In this document: piece by piece, positions 1-11,769 of the stretch | Layout of the letters: every line of letters begins with the position of its first letter | Position numbering within the stretch: position 1 is the stretch's first letter | NCBI GenBank assembly: GCA_044892505.1 | Contig: CM097883.1 | Span: forward strand, 19,840,001-19,904,000 | DNA: 64,000 bases | Direction of reading: 5' to 3' | Source of the DNA: Schmidtea nova | Lineage: Eukaryota | Notes under the pieces: model-generated | Told to the model about the DNA's origin: nothing | The model's database searches: none | What the model saw: the letters and a program-made list of their open reading frames with translations, nothing else | Translations under genes and position numbers: made by a program

Positions 1-259
1 GAATTATCGAAATTAATACCATGTGTTTACGAGCCAGAATTATTTCCAGCTTTGAGATATATCAAATATAATCCCATGTGTGTAAATATATTTGCAAGCG
101 GGAAATTAGTCATATTAGGATTAAAAAACAAAGACTATAGTACTATAGTTGATGATATTATTTACGATATAAAATCAATTATAGAAGATAAAGCCTTTGT
201 TGATTTCATACTAACATGTGACTCATGACTGCAATATCTATGCATTAGAAATGCACGAT

Positions 260-370
260 TCTGATTGGCTCTGTGTGTATCGATAGAATAAAGACATGTT
301 GTGCATGCTTAATTCTGATTGGTTCATTATGTATGTTTCAAATCATGTGTGTTTCTTTGATATATATACT
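260..370 (+). promoter_or_regulatory. Pol II-type promoter (two reverse CCAAT boxes plus TATA-like run)
   Basis: CTGATTGG at about 261-268 and 315-322, TATATATA at about 361, ATG at 404. Confidence 0.45.
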
Positions 371-403
371 ATGAACAATCTCACATAGTTTATATTCACA
401 ATT

Positions 404-851
404 ATGTCTCTTACGCAAACCTTAATTAAAAGCCGTAAGGATTTTAATTATTTATTTAATAAAATTAATATTATTTCTTTTTTAGAAAAGTTGATGAACG
501 TCATTTACAGGAAGCTGGAGGAACTGTTCCCAAATCTTATGCCAGCTCTGGTCTATACGGCTCCGGAGATGTTCCCGTACAAGATAATGGTCTTGACGGG
601 AATCGATATAAATCAGATTGTGCTCGATCATATGACGAGCCAGAATACCGATTTGCCAGTGGTACCCGAGCACATTCTCTGTGCGTACCAATGCGGAAGT
701 TGTGTTGAGCGCATTCGCCAATTCAACATTTGGGTGTTGAGGAATTCCCTCAAATTATATGAAGTCCAACAAATGGACAAAATCGATGAGGAGGAGGAGG
801 AGGACCAAATCAAGGAAACATGGCCCAACTCGACTCCGGAGCCGACTGATG

Positions 852-892
<41 letters not shown>

Positions 893-1081
893 GAATTGGA
901 AGCACCAACTCTAGATGGTCCGTTTCCATCTGTTGAATCCGATGAATCCAATGATTGTATGGATTCACCACAATCACCGGATTGTGCAGAATGCCATCGA
1001 AAGGCAGATGGTATTGAGGATGATGATGATGATGAAGAAGAAGAAGAGGAACAAGAAAAAGAAAAAGAAGATGAACAATAA
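404..1081 (+). CDS. Hypothetical protein with CxxCxxC, poly-Thr and acidic tail; probable 51-nt in-frame intron at 435-485
   Basis: 225-codon ORF that is GC-richer than its flanks. A GTAAGG...TTTTAG AT-rich segment at 435-485 preserves frame. AATAAA at about 1149. Confidence 0.6.
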
Positions 1082-1591
1082 TGATTAATTTGATGTTTTA
1101 TGTATTTAGTTTTTAGTTATGTTATTTTAGTTTGTTGATTTTTATATTAATAAAAGTTTATTATTAATTTTAGTTTTTATTTTTGTATTTTAGTTTTTAT
1201 TTAAATAATAGTTTTTAATTAAATCATTTTTTATGAGTAGTTCTTTATTTAATATATATAAAATAGTAATTAGTTTTTATTAAATAATTAGTAAGAAAGT
1301 GTATTATGAAGAATAATAATAATTAGAATAAAAATAATTGTGAAATAAACTAATACATTAGTAGCAGAACATTGCAAACAGAACCCTGGAAGCAGAACTT
1401 TTTTATGTGTTTGTTTTTTATAAGAAAAAGCTTCATAATAAATAAAACATACATGCATGCATACAACAAAGACATTGCAATACATGTGCATACTGTGTGC
1501 AAAACAAATGCATGAATATGATTGGACAAAGACATCCAGTCATCAGTATAAATACAAAGACATTTAATAAAATATTGTCACTATTTACAAC

Positions 1592-2008
1592 ATGCAATCA
1601 CGAAAACAAAATCTAGATATAAGCGAAGAAAAAATATATCAGACTGAGGTAAAACCAGTTCAGATGTACTATGACAGCCGACTTTATTTTTTGGTTAATG
1701 AAATACCGTATCGATTATCATATCCGGTAAAGTTAACAAAATCATTATATGACAGTCTTGCTGTAATTATTGCCAAGGAAGATATTATCGCATTAAATCG
1801 ATTATTTTCAAAGATGAATGTTAATTTGACATGTAAAGAAACCATGTACATCAATAACCGAAAAACTCGGTTTCATGATGCTTTTCAGACTATTGATTTC
1901 ATGGATCAAGAACACTGGTTCGTTACAGTTATTATTCAAGGGTACAAGATTGATAAAAAAGATGTTGTTACTCCGATTTGGAGAGTTGACAATGCAAGAT
2001 ACGCATAA
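1592..2008 (+). CDS. Hypothetical 138-aa protein
   Basis: ATG-TAA ORF with globular-like composition, co-oriented with its neighbours; no recognisable motif. Confidence 0.55.
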   Translation: MQSRKQNLDISEEKIYQTEVKPVQMYYDSRLYFLVNEIPYRLSYPVKLTKSLYDSLAVIIAKEDIIALNRLFSKMNVNLTCKETMYINNRKTRFHDAFQTIDFMDQEHWFVTVIIQGYKIDKKDVVTPIWRVDNARYA

Positions 2009-2072
2009 TTGTTTTTTAATAAATATTTTAGTATGAACAAATTTAGTTTTTATATTAGTTTTTGTTTTTAAA

Positions 2073-2660
2073 ATGAAATTAATTATAGTTATTTTATTAT
2101 TATTATTATGTGTTGACAATACTGAAGGAGAACAAGCTTTGGAGGATTGTCAATCATCTCATCCGTTTCGAAAACAAGATAGTACTTGCGCGAGTTATAA
2201 TGATATATGTCTTTACTCAAACATTGAATGCAATCAAATAAAATTACAATGTAATCAATGTCCTTCCAAAAATAATGTGATTAATAAAGATATTGAAAAA
2301 ATGATTGACAAAATAATGATGAAAATAGTTGAACGATTAAAATGTATAAATCAAACTTTTGTTAAAAAAGAATATGAAGTCAGATATCAAAATCAAACAG
2401 GTGAAAATGAAAAAACAGCCATTGTTTTACATTATATAAGTTTATTTATATTAATAATTATAATGATGTTATCGGCATCCATACGGCTGGAGAAGATTAC
2501 AAATATTCCAAAGAATAATATTCCGACAAATACTAGTATTCCGATGAATAATATTACAATGAATAATATTCCGATGAATAATATTCCGAGTAACAATTCA
2601 GATGTAAATAATTTTGAAACTAAATTTTGTACACGTACACAACGATATATTTATAAATAA
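2073..2660 (+). CDS. Predicted type I membrane/secreted protein
   Basis: N-terminal hydrophobic signal (MKLIIVILLLLLCVDNTEG), Cys-rich ectodomain, hydrophobic segment HYISLFILIIIMML, and NNIPM repeats in the tail. Confidence 0.6.
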   Translation: MKLIIVILLLLLCVDNTEGEQALEDCQSSHPFRKQDSTCASYNDICLYSNIECNQIKLQCNQCPSKNNVINKDIEKMIDKIMMKIVERLKCINQTFVKKEYEVRYQNQTGENEKTAIVLHYISLFILIIIMMLSASIRLEKITNIPKNNIPTNTSIPMNNITMNNIPMNNIPSNNSDVNNFETKFCTRTQRYIYK

Positions 2661-2675
2661 ATTTTGTCTTTTTAA

Positions 2676-2857
2676 TGTCTTTGTTTATGTGTTGCACGCA
2701 TGTGTCTTTGTTTAGTTTGCATGTGTATTGCAATGTCTTTGTTCATGTTGCATGTGTATTGCAATGTCTTTGTTCATGTTGCATGTGTATTGCAAAGTCC
2801 TTGCACGTGTGTTGCAATGTCTTTGTTAACTTGCACACGTGTTGCAATGTCTTTAGT
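2676..2857. repeat. About 31-bp tandem repeat (TTGCATGTGTATTGCAATGTCTTTGTTCATG)
   Basis: Copies at 2717, 2748, 2779 and degenerate copies beyond. An inverted copy lies at about 1450-1490. The AGCAGAAC..CAGAACCCTGGAAGCAGAAC module is shared between about 1362-1397 and 2881-2948. Confidence 0.85.
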
Positions 2858-3212
2858 TTGAAAAAATAATAATTAAATGTAGCAGAACATTTAGTATCAG
2901 AACCCTGGAAGCAGAACATTGCGATCAGAACCCTGGAAGCAGAACATCTTCTGTGATGGTTTTGAAGTGCAAAAGCTTCATACTTGACAAATAATAATAA
3001 TTAATTAAAAATGTCTTTGTTTAGTTTGCACACCTGTTGTAAATAATTTTGATTACTCTAATTTTGTCTTGTAAAAAAAAAAAAATTTGACTAAAAATAA
3101 TTTGTGTTAAAAAAAAAAAATTCGTCTTAAAAAATTTTTGAAAAAAATAATTTGTCTTAAAAAAATTTTTGAAAAAAAAAATTGTCTTAAAAAAATTTTT
3201 GAAAAAAAAAAA

Positions 3213-3460
3213 TTTGGCGCGAAAATAATTTTTGAAAAAAAAAATTTGGCGCGAAAAAAATTTTTGAAAAAAAAATTATGACTCATCGATGACTCATCGA
3301 TGACTCATCAAAAAAAAAAAAAAAAAAAAAAAAAAGTATGACTCATCGGTGACTCATCGATGACTCATCAAAAAAAAAAAAAAAAAAAATTTTCTACCCC
3401 CCCCCGGGGGGGGGAGGGGGGGGTCTTTGTTCTTTTTTTTTCCGCCCACGCATGAGTCAT
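3213..3460. promoter_or_regulatory. Array of E2F-like and AP-1 consensus sites in the terminal region
   Basis: TTTGGCGCGAAA at 3213 and 3245. TGACTCA at 3279, 3290, 3301, 3339, 3350 and 3361, plus TGAGTCA at about 3453. Confidence 0.6.
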
Positions 3461-3559
3461 AATGTCTTTGTTCCCGGCTCCACACATCTACCTACTCTAG
3501 GGGATTAAATTTTAATTTTTTTGGTAGTATTTAAATTTCAACATTTAATTTTCCTTTAT

Positions 3560-4030
3560 TATTTCATTTATTTTATTATAAACGGCCCAAATCTCTTTTT
3601 GTCAAATGCGCTACAATTTTCATTCTTAGCCATTATACTGTCACTGATTCTTTCTTCAGAATTCTTTCATCACATTATTTGGGGTTTGGGAAATAATACC
3701 AATTGGAAAAAATACCAACTATAAAAAATACCAACTAGCATGCTGGCTGCATTAGGGGGTTAGGGTCAGGGTTATGTGTTAGTGTTAGGGTTAGCTTTAG
3801 GGTTAGCTTAAGGGTTAAGGGTTAGGTTGGTATTTTTCCCTGTTAGTATTTTTTCTTAGAATCCATTATTTGTCATAAGCAAATAAATTTCTTTCGTGAT
3901 TTTGGTCAGTAATTTGTTTCCTTTGTTTGGATACGGTTTTGCAAGCCTTTCCAGACATTTTGTCTTTAGATTTATTGCAGGTCTCATTTGATGTTTGATT
4001 AGTTTCTTGGAATGTTTCATTTTCAGCTAT
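3560..4030 (-). pseudogene. Decayed Gypsy integrase C-terminal (GPF) region
   Basis: Minus-strand pieces ITDQNHERNLFAYDK ... ISDSIMAKNENCSAFDKR / FGPFII resemble the GD-V..N...D.R..GPF module; stops, frameshifts and a MITE insertion interrupt it. Confidence 0.35.
3681..3864. mobile_element. MITE with degenerate telomeric (TTAGGG) core
   Basis: Imperfect 39-bp TIRs (3681-3719 and 3826-3864; about 28/39 identical, AAAAATACCAAC exact). Flanking duplication ATTATTT at 3674-3680 and 3865-3871. About 10 TTAGGG-like units inside. Confidence 0.7.
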
Positions 4031-4254
4031 AGAAATAGCTCAAACAATTTTTATCCTAAAAAGTAAATAATGACTTTGATAATAATATCATTTAATCCTA
4101 AAAAACATTTAAAAATGCAATATCTACAATATCTATAGAGTTTTTAATTAATTTTACTAGGGTTAATAAAAGTTTTATTGGATTGTGCACATGTGATTAT
4201 GTAATCACTAATAAACGTATAAATAAGATCAGTTTTTATTTTATTGAAATTGTT

Positions 4255-4298
4255 TAAAACCTGATGATGACAACTAAGCTGTTGAAATATATTGCAAT
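4255..4298 (+). ncRNA. Degenerate minimal hammerhead ribozyme motif (PLE type)
   Basis: CTGATGA-T-GACAAC-TAA-GCTGTT-GAAA-TATAT; stem II has one mismatch and stem I is weak. Confidence 0.4.
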
Positions 4299-4709
4299 AA
4301 TATATTTTTAAAATATGGTGTTCTTTTATTTATTTGAATAAATTGTCATTTTAATTTAAGTTTATTTAATATTTTGTGGTTTTGTTTACATTTTTTTGAG
4401 AGACAAAATTTTGATAGATTTTATTTTGTTAAAGTAATAAAATAATCAAGAAAATTAATCAAAACTGAAATTAAATAAAAATATATTCTAAATAAAAATG
4501 GATATTCAAAGGTTTTTGTAGAAAGACTGACTAAGGAAACCATTGATCGGCTGTTGATCGAGCCTGATGAAAGCATTGGAAATGGTAGTCCATCTAATGA
4601 TAGTGAACATATAAAAAACGCACGTTTTAGTAATTCCATATTCAGAGAGTTTTAAAACTTTAAGTGTTCTGTAATCAAATCCTTAGGAAATTCTAACATA
4701 TTTAACATA

Positions 4710-5069
4710 ATGCCAAAGTCTTTAAAATCAGTAAATATGTTTAGTAATAAATCTCAAACCCCAATAGGTTTAGTTTCTGATCTAGTGTATAAGTTTTCAT
4801 GTAATGGGTGCAATGCCACATACATTGGAGAGACTTCCCGTCATCTCCGAACACGGGTTCAGGAACATAGTCGCTTGAAAAGTGTGAGTAATATTATTGA
4901 GCATAGAAAAATGTGTAAAGGAGAAACTGATTTAAAAGATTTTAAAATTATATTAAAAAACTTTAACAATAAATGGGAAAGAATTTTATGTGAGGCGTTG
5001 GTGATTAAATCACAATCCCCTACAATTAATATTCAATCAGCAACGAATTTATTGAGATTATTTAATTAA
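4710..5069 (+). CDS. GIY-YIG (Uri) endonuclease domain of a Penelope-like element
   Basis: VY-x-C-x2-C-x2-YIGET-x5-R-x3-H signature with downstream H, E and N residues. Confidence 0.9.
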   Translation: MPKSLKSVNMFSNKSQTPIGLVSDLVYKFSCNGCNATYIGETSRHLRTRVQEHSRLKSVSNIIEHRKMCKGETDLKDFKIILKNFNNKWERILCEALVIKSQSPTINIQSATNLLRLFN

Positions 5070-5135
5070 CTCATTAAATCATAACCATTAGTTCATTACT
5101 GTTTCCGTATATAGCATTGGATTTAGATTATGATG

Positions 5136-5178
5136 GCAGACTGATGATGAGGACTATGTCCTTGAAATATATTTCGAT
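5136..5178 (+). ncRNA. Minimal hammerhead ribozyme motif in the Penelope pseudo-LTR
   Basis: CTGATGA-T-GAGGAC-TAT-GTCCTT-GAAA followed by the palindrome GAAATATATTTC; stem I is only 2 bp. Confidence 0.5.
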
Positions 5179-5214
5179 TATTTGGCAATTTCGTGTTTTT
5201 ATTAAAAATATATT

Positions 5215-5800
5215 TGTTGGGTTATTAATGAGAAGTCGGTTTGTATCTGACTCCGGTGTCTTTTCGTTCACAAAATAAATTAGACCCAATACAGTTCTCA
5301 TTATTTTTCAACTCAATCACAAAGATTTTAATCACAGAAAGTTACAATATTTGTCTGTACTCTTCTGCGTTAGGGTAGAACACCCAATAGGATATCTCCC
5401 TTTTTGGTACGCAAGAAGATCGAGTAAATTCAAATTCTACCTTTAGTTTTCTCTAAGAGTTTCCTCCTCTCGCTTCCACTAGTTTGTTCGATTTTCTATT
5501 CTCAAGATTTATCTTCGACCACTCTGGCCTCGTCAAACTGGTTTCGACAAACTGGCTAGTATGGCAATTTTGACTTGCCTTTTATAGTGATTTTTCGATT
5601 AGTCCTGTCGCGCTTTAATGGATCCGTCAATTCGTTAATTAACTGGGAGCTGCCGCTAAGTGGGTTTTCCCGGGACTTTCTGCAATTAATTAAATTATTA
5701 ATGAATTTATTGATGACCTTGGTTTCCGACGTAGCTTGGGTTTCCTATTAGCTCTGGTTTCCTATTAGCTCTGGGTTCCAAATAGGTAATTAATTATCTT
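5215..5800 (-). repeat. LTR-like dispersed repeat remnant
   Basis: Minus-strand TATAAAAGG near 5580 and a ...CCCAACA end at 5215. GGAAACCAGAGC-AAT-GGAAACCCAAG is shared with 12580-12610 (inverted). Confidence 0.35.
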
Positions 5801-6905
5801 AATTAATTTGTATTTTCTTAATATTTCTCTCTGGGGGTCCTTTTAAAATTTCATATACTATATTTGAATTCATCTCATCATTTTGCATCCTCCCATACCA
5901 GTTTCCCCTCTCAATCTTTATTTTGAATTTTTGTAAATTTTTAATTAATGTTTGCACATTAATTATTTTTTTTCCAATTTTCGTATTTTCATCTATTTGC
6001 ACAGTGTTTTGTGCTTTTAAACTTTTTATTTCAGCCTGTTCAAAAAACCCCAACATATTTATAATTAGATGAAATAGGAATGTGAAAATCTGGTCAAATA
6101 TAGAATCGATCATGTAGAAAAATAGAAGAACATCAGAGGTGTGAAAAAAGTATATGTGAATATTACATAAATGTGGATTGTGAAAAATTGATGAAAGATT
6201 CAAATACTCCAATTAAAGTTTGGAAATTGGTCAGGGTTGAAACAAGTGGCGAGAAATAACATGGTGATAACGGAATTTTTGAAAAGTGCCAGAAAGAGTG
6301 CAAAAAGGTGCGTAAAGATTAAAAAACAAGAAAAGAAAATTTCTTAATTAATTAATTAGCTAGTAGAAAGGAATCCCGAGTTGGGTAAACAACGAGAAAA
6401 ATAAACATAGGGAAACTTTAAGCCCATTATATTGGTATTATGATTAATGGGAGAAGACCAAGAAAAGATATTGCGTGCAGTAAAGTTTGAGACTACCTAT
6501 TAATTATCTTTATTTGTTAGACCATTCTGGGTGACACCCGAAGCAATAGTGTAGAACTAAATGTCAGATGAGAGATTGGCTTGGCAATAATGATTTGTCA
6601 TCCAGATTCGGAAGAGTATAAAAGGAACAGGAAAATCTGAACAAACGGGGATACTAGCCCTAGATAAGGACATGAGAAGAAATTAGAGAGTAGGCGAAAT
6701 TTGCTCAAATTTGTTAGCGAAGTTCAGTTACTAACATGAAGCTCTCCTTAAGTGAAGATATTATGATGTGATAAGACTGAAAAATATTACAGTATTTATA
6801 ACTTTTTCTTGTTGTTACTTTTAAGAATTGAAAAGTGGTTATTTTTGGCAAAAGCTTTGTTTTTTGTAAATAATTTCGTTAAAAATAAGTTTTTGACTTT
6901 TTGTT

Positions 6906-7113
6906 NNNNNNNNNNNNNNNNNNNNNNNNNNNNNNNNNNNNNNNNNNNNNNNNNNNNNNNNNNNNNNNNNNNNNNNNNNNNNNNNNNNNNNNNNNNNNNN
7001 NNNNNNNNNNNNNNNNNNNNNNNNNNNNNNNNNNNNNNNNNNNNNNNNNNNNNNNNNNNNNNNNNNNNNNNNNNNNNNNNNNNNNNNNNNNNNNNNNNNN
7101 NNNNNNNNNNNNN
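6906..7113. other. Assembly gap (N run)
   Basis: 208 N bases. Confidence 1.
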
Positions 7114-7179
7114 TTATTATAAAGAATGAATGTTGATACAATTGTTGGACAAAAACTATATATTGTTTAAATGAAGTGG

Positions 7180-7670
7180 TAACACGACAAGTAGAGAGAG
7201 CGCAAGATTCTAAATTAACCAAAACATAATTAAAACCGAAGTAGTTAATTGAAACACGCTTAAAAATTAAAGTGTACAAAAGCGCATTAACAAGTAGAGC
7301 GCGCGAAATTCTACTCTAAAGTCCTTTAACCAAAACATCAAGTAAAACCAAAAGTGATTAAAAGAAACATGTCTAAAAAGCTAGAATAGACAAAAAAACA
7401 CATCAAATATGCACGTGAAGAACGCATTCATGGTATAAAACCTTGGTTGTGGAGATTTAGCATGTTTTCAGACGGAAAATTGCGATTTTATCTCAAAAGT
7501 TTGTAAAAATATAAAAGAGAATAATTTTGATCGAAAATGTAACAAATTAAATCAAATTAGAATAAACTTTGATTCAAAAGTAAAATTTTGGATTAAAAAT
7601 AAATTATATAAAGTTTTATGAAAATTTTATGTAAAAATATTAATCTTTGTTTCGATAAAACTTATTAGCA
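7180..7670. repeat. Diverged dispersed repeat, second copy at about 9985-10390
   Basis: Collinear shared blocks (GTAGAGAGCGC, AAAACATCAAGTAAAAC, AAAAATATAAAAGA, TTAAAAATAAATTAT.TAAAGTTTTAT). Confidence 0.55.
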
Positions 7671-9099
7671 TAAAACACACAACTCGTTATTCGCCTTCGC
7701 TTTCGCAATAACCTTTTATCTCATCAGAACTTATAGGCCAAATGGAGGTTGATATTATGAAAATCGTTAAAAACAGATGCTCAACGATCAACAAAATCAT
7801 TTAGAGCATGGCCGAAGATGTGAATAATTTTTGATTTATTAAAATCGAAACTCATAGAATTCGAAAATTATAAAATTACAAAACATTTGTTCAAAATAAC
7901 AACTCAATAATTGATAGAAATGTTTCTAGCATATGAATAAAAATTGATTTCATCTATTTGAACTTCATTACATTGAAAATTATTTAGAAAGATTTATTGA
8001 GAATTTTATTATTTTTATAAAATATATGAAAATTTATTTGGAATTTTATTATTTTGACGGTGAAAATCTTATCGAAAAATTTATATTATGATGAATTTGA
8101 TTTATTTTAGAATTTGGATTTTAGCGTGAAAAAATTTATTTAGGATTTTATTATTTCATTTAACCTATAATATTTATTTAGAAATTATTATTATTTTATA
8201 AATTGTGAAAAATTAGAATCTGAATGTTATTAAACTTGTATAGGAAAATTAGAAATAAACATTTATCATAAAATAAATTTGAAAAGTAAATTTAATTATT
8301 CATAAGACCTTATAAATATATAAATAAAATTATTATTTCCTAGAATTATAAAAATTATTTTATATATGTAACCATCATTTTATAATTTACCCCCTCCAAA
8401 AACTATCCATAAAAACCTTCCTTGCAAACTACTACATCCATGCCATTCAATAACATCATCCATATCTAATAACATATACAAAAATTTATTATTCCATAAT
8501 ACATACACTACATCATTTCATTCAACAACATCCATCAACATCACACATCCAGAAAATTCACACAAGAAATTCATTCACAACATTTGTCTGCATCACACAT
8601 CCAGAAAACCCCACAAGCACTTAATCATTCACATCCATCACTGAATCACTTATTTCAACCAACATACAATCACAACAATAGAAAATTCTTCTCGAACCTA
8701 TAACAGTATATACATACACGCACATCTGAAATCATTGCAATTCACCTCACAAAAGCCACAGCATACTCCACATCCATGCTAAATTCTATAATTAAATTGA
8801 AAAGTCTGAGACACTACAATAGCCCCAGCCGACGAACGTGGAGCGTCTCTGTGTACTGAGAAAAAGGGTATTAGCGTCTGAAAGAGTTACTGAAGGTCAT
8901 AATCAAAGAGATATTGAAGGATTTTACGAGCTCTTCCTGAAGGAAATGGAGGATTGTCTTGAGGACCTAGGATATAAGTCATGTTTGTAAGGGTCGTCAG
9001 TGTTCCGTGTCTTTTAGAATGTCTTCGTCAATAAAATCCTCTTTTGTGATATGAATATTTGGCACTTCGTCATGCTAGAGAGTACAAAAAGATGGTTTT

Positions 9100-9671
9100 A
9101 ATCTTGATAGTTGACCATAACGTGGTTGTTGTCAATTTCAAGTTTTGCTGTGTTTTTGTTCAGTTCAATGAAGCGGAGTGGACCTTTGTATCTAGGTTTG
9201 AGGTTTCATGGGTCGATTGTTTTCATCTATGCGTGGGTTGCAGAAGAAAGCTATTGTAGTATATACGGTTTGTATGATGTGAAGTATTTGTATTATAGAT
9301 TCGTGTCGATACTCAAAAAATGTTTGCGTGTGAGGTTGATTTCGTCTAGTGGTGAATCGTTATAGAGGTCGATGAGTTCGTTATACATGAAGGTGTTGGA
9401 TTCAAACAAAAGTAGTGAAGGTGACACATCACTTGAATGATATGGTGTGTTGTGCCATATCAATAACAAATGGTAACATTTTAACCCATGAGGTTGACGC
9501 TGAGAGAACTCTGAGGGACGATTTCAAGGTCCGATGAGCGCGTTCAACTTGACCATTTGTTTACGGGTGATAGGAGCTTGTGCTTAATTGTTTGTTGCCG
9601 AGACTGTTTGCAAAATAATCGTAAAGATCTGATTCGATTTGTATCCCTTGGTCTGTAATTATAGTGGTTAG
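9100..9671 (-). pseudogene. Gypsy/Ty3 integrase pseudogene (rve core plus GPY/F)
   Basis: Minus translation TTIITDQG...SSYHP*TNGQVERAHRTLKSSL...WVKMLPFV...SPSLLLF...LKPRYKGP, with several stops. Confidence 0.85.
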
Positions 9672-11769
9672 GATAAAACGATAAAAAAGAGACATCTCAA
9701 AAGAGACCACAGATTACGAGTGAAGATGAAATTAACATACAAATGACCGCATGAGAGTTAGATGGGGAAAGTCATTGCAAGTATACTAAATACAAAAAAG
9801 CATGATCGAAGAATAAAATTGGTATTAAAAAAAAGGGAATTATTTATTAAAAATCTCCATGAAAATATCGATAAAATTACAGAGATAAGGGCAAAAATAG
9901 AAAACGTTCATTATTAAATCAATTAAAGTAGACAAAATGACGCCATATTGAACTCTTGGGCAAAAACTGAAATTTGTTTAAATAACGTGGTAATACATCA
10001 TGTAGAGAGCGCGCATGAAGTAAATTTAAAATTCTATCATGAAAAACATCAAGTAAAACAAAGTAACAACAAACAGATAAATAATTAATTAAAACACGTT
10101 TAAAATTTAAACTGGACAAAAGTGCATCAGATATACACAAAAATAATATAAAAACATCAATTATGGAATATAATAACAAATAAGAAAAAATTAACATATT
10201 TTCTGAAGGAAAACTTTGAGTTTTACCTAAAAAACTCAAAAAATATAAAAGAAAATCGCTTTAGATAAATATTTTGCAAATTGAATTAAATTTTAAAAAA
10301 CTTTAATTTAAAAGTAATATTTTATATTAAAAATAAATTATTTAAAGTTTTATTAAATTTTTTACAAAAATAATACTTCAATTTTGCTTAACATTTTTAA
10401 ATTTAATTTTGGAAGAATCAAAAATTCCTTCTAGAACAATTTGTTTAAATTCATCAACGAAAATAGCAGTCTGAAATAAGTATATAAACCACCATCAATT
10501 TTAGTAGAAGTAGAACTTATGACTACCAACCAAGTCTAATTACTTTAGGTGAAACCCTGCACGAAAATTTAATTGTCAAAAAAACAAGGTGAACTTCCAA
10601 ATACCTGAGTCGCGAATTTCTGTAAACACTGGATCAACAATTCCGAGAATCGACGAACTTGTCCGGCTAATACCGATCTGGTACCAACGAATCATTTGAA
10701 ACTCATCCAGAACAATCTTTGCAAAATGTGAAATGTATACTTGTTCAGCATGGGTTGACGAATCATACCCTATCAACCCAGACTAGGTATTTTAATCTAT
10801 TTTGTATGCATATTTAATTAATGTCATTTTTGTATTATCATGGTTAATTTAACTATCTATAAATTATATTATTTCATAGGTGATATTATTTTTTTAAACC
10901 CTTATTCAAATTTTATTCATTAGTAATTTATTTTACAAACTTTTTAGATGTTTTCATTTCAGTTGGTTCGATAATTTTGATACACGTTTTATAACGCCTA
11001 TCGAGCGTATTCTCATTCTTTCTGTCACACAACCCATCGAAACTCAAAATGAATTATTATTTTATGATTATTATAAATTTATTTTTATTAATCAGGGCTT
11101 CTACATGTCTGATGAAAGTCCAGCAGTAAGTTGTACCGTCATCAGTCACTCTGGTGAATCATTAGTAAGCTGGGGTTCGTTTAGCTTTCTGATAATAAAC
11201 GCCAATTTAGAGCAGGTGAATTAAGGGTTGAATATCGCCAAATAACGAATATTTCTAACGTTAATGAGCATTCCAAGTCGAGTCATGATAAAATGATTGA
11301 AACCAATAGTATGTCGGGATATAAGCATGAATAACCAATTGTGTTTTGGCGCGTTAACGCCTAACTAATTTTTTTGCCACGAAATAACAGTTTTAATGAC
11401 CACATTTAAGATAATATTCATTTAACACTCCGCTGATTGTTAATATTAACACCCTATTTAACCAAGGGTTTGGTGAAATTAAGTTACGAACAGCATCTTG
11501 AAAAATCCGAAAAACTTCAATACCCTTGGGACGAATGATTTTATTGATTCTGTTTTGTTTGCTATTGTGTTACGTGTATTTCAGATAAATTCTTGTATGA
11601 ATAAGGTTTTGTTAATGTTTTAAGGTTTGAATTATCCATTTTGATGTAGAAATAAATTCTTATTGACGTAGATTATTTATTTTAAATTGCTGATTAAAAT
11701 CTTATTAAATATTAATAGATTATTTCTTGAATTGTGGACTCAAATGGGCACTAAACTTTCTATCGTTCA

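Larger units (their letters stand above)
1..3498. mobile_element. Terminal portion of a probable Polinton/Maverick-like (adintovirus-like) element
   Basis: Ends in ...CTACCTACTCT-3' (5'-AGAGTAGGTAG on minus), like the AG/AGT-repeat termini of Polintons. About 800 bp of structured terminal sequence follows three compact co-oriented ORFs. No core genes (PolB, integrase, ATPase, capsid) lie inside the window, so the class is inferred. Confidence 0.5.
4497..5215 (+). mobile_element. 5'-truncated Penelope-like element (RT thumb remnant, GIY-YIG endonuclease, 3' pseudo-LTR)
   Basis: NGYSKVFV thumb motif is in frame (one TAA) with VYKFSCNGCNATYIGETSRHLRTRVQEH...CEALVIK...IN. A hammerhead-like motif lies downstream. 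Confidence 0.9.

Noticed and set aside
482-951. Antisense or shadow ORFs (482-721, 628-951, and similar ones opposite gag, hAT and RT)
   Set aside because: They are explained by the codon structure and triplet repeats of the sense ORFs.
6809-7279. ORFs spanning N runs (also 19684-20040)
   Set aside because: Artefacts of translating through assembly gaps.
7685-7735. Hammerhead-like CTGATGA...GAAA on minus (and CTGATGATACGAAA near 60447)
   Set aside because: GAAA is not adjacent to stem II, or stem II is absent; no valid stems I/III.
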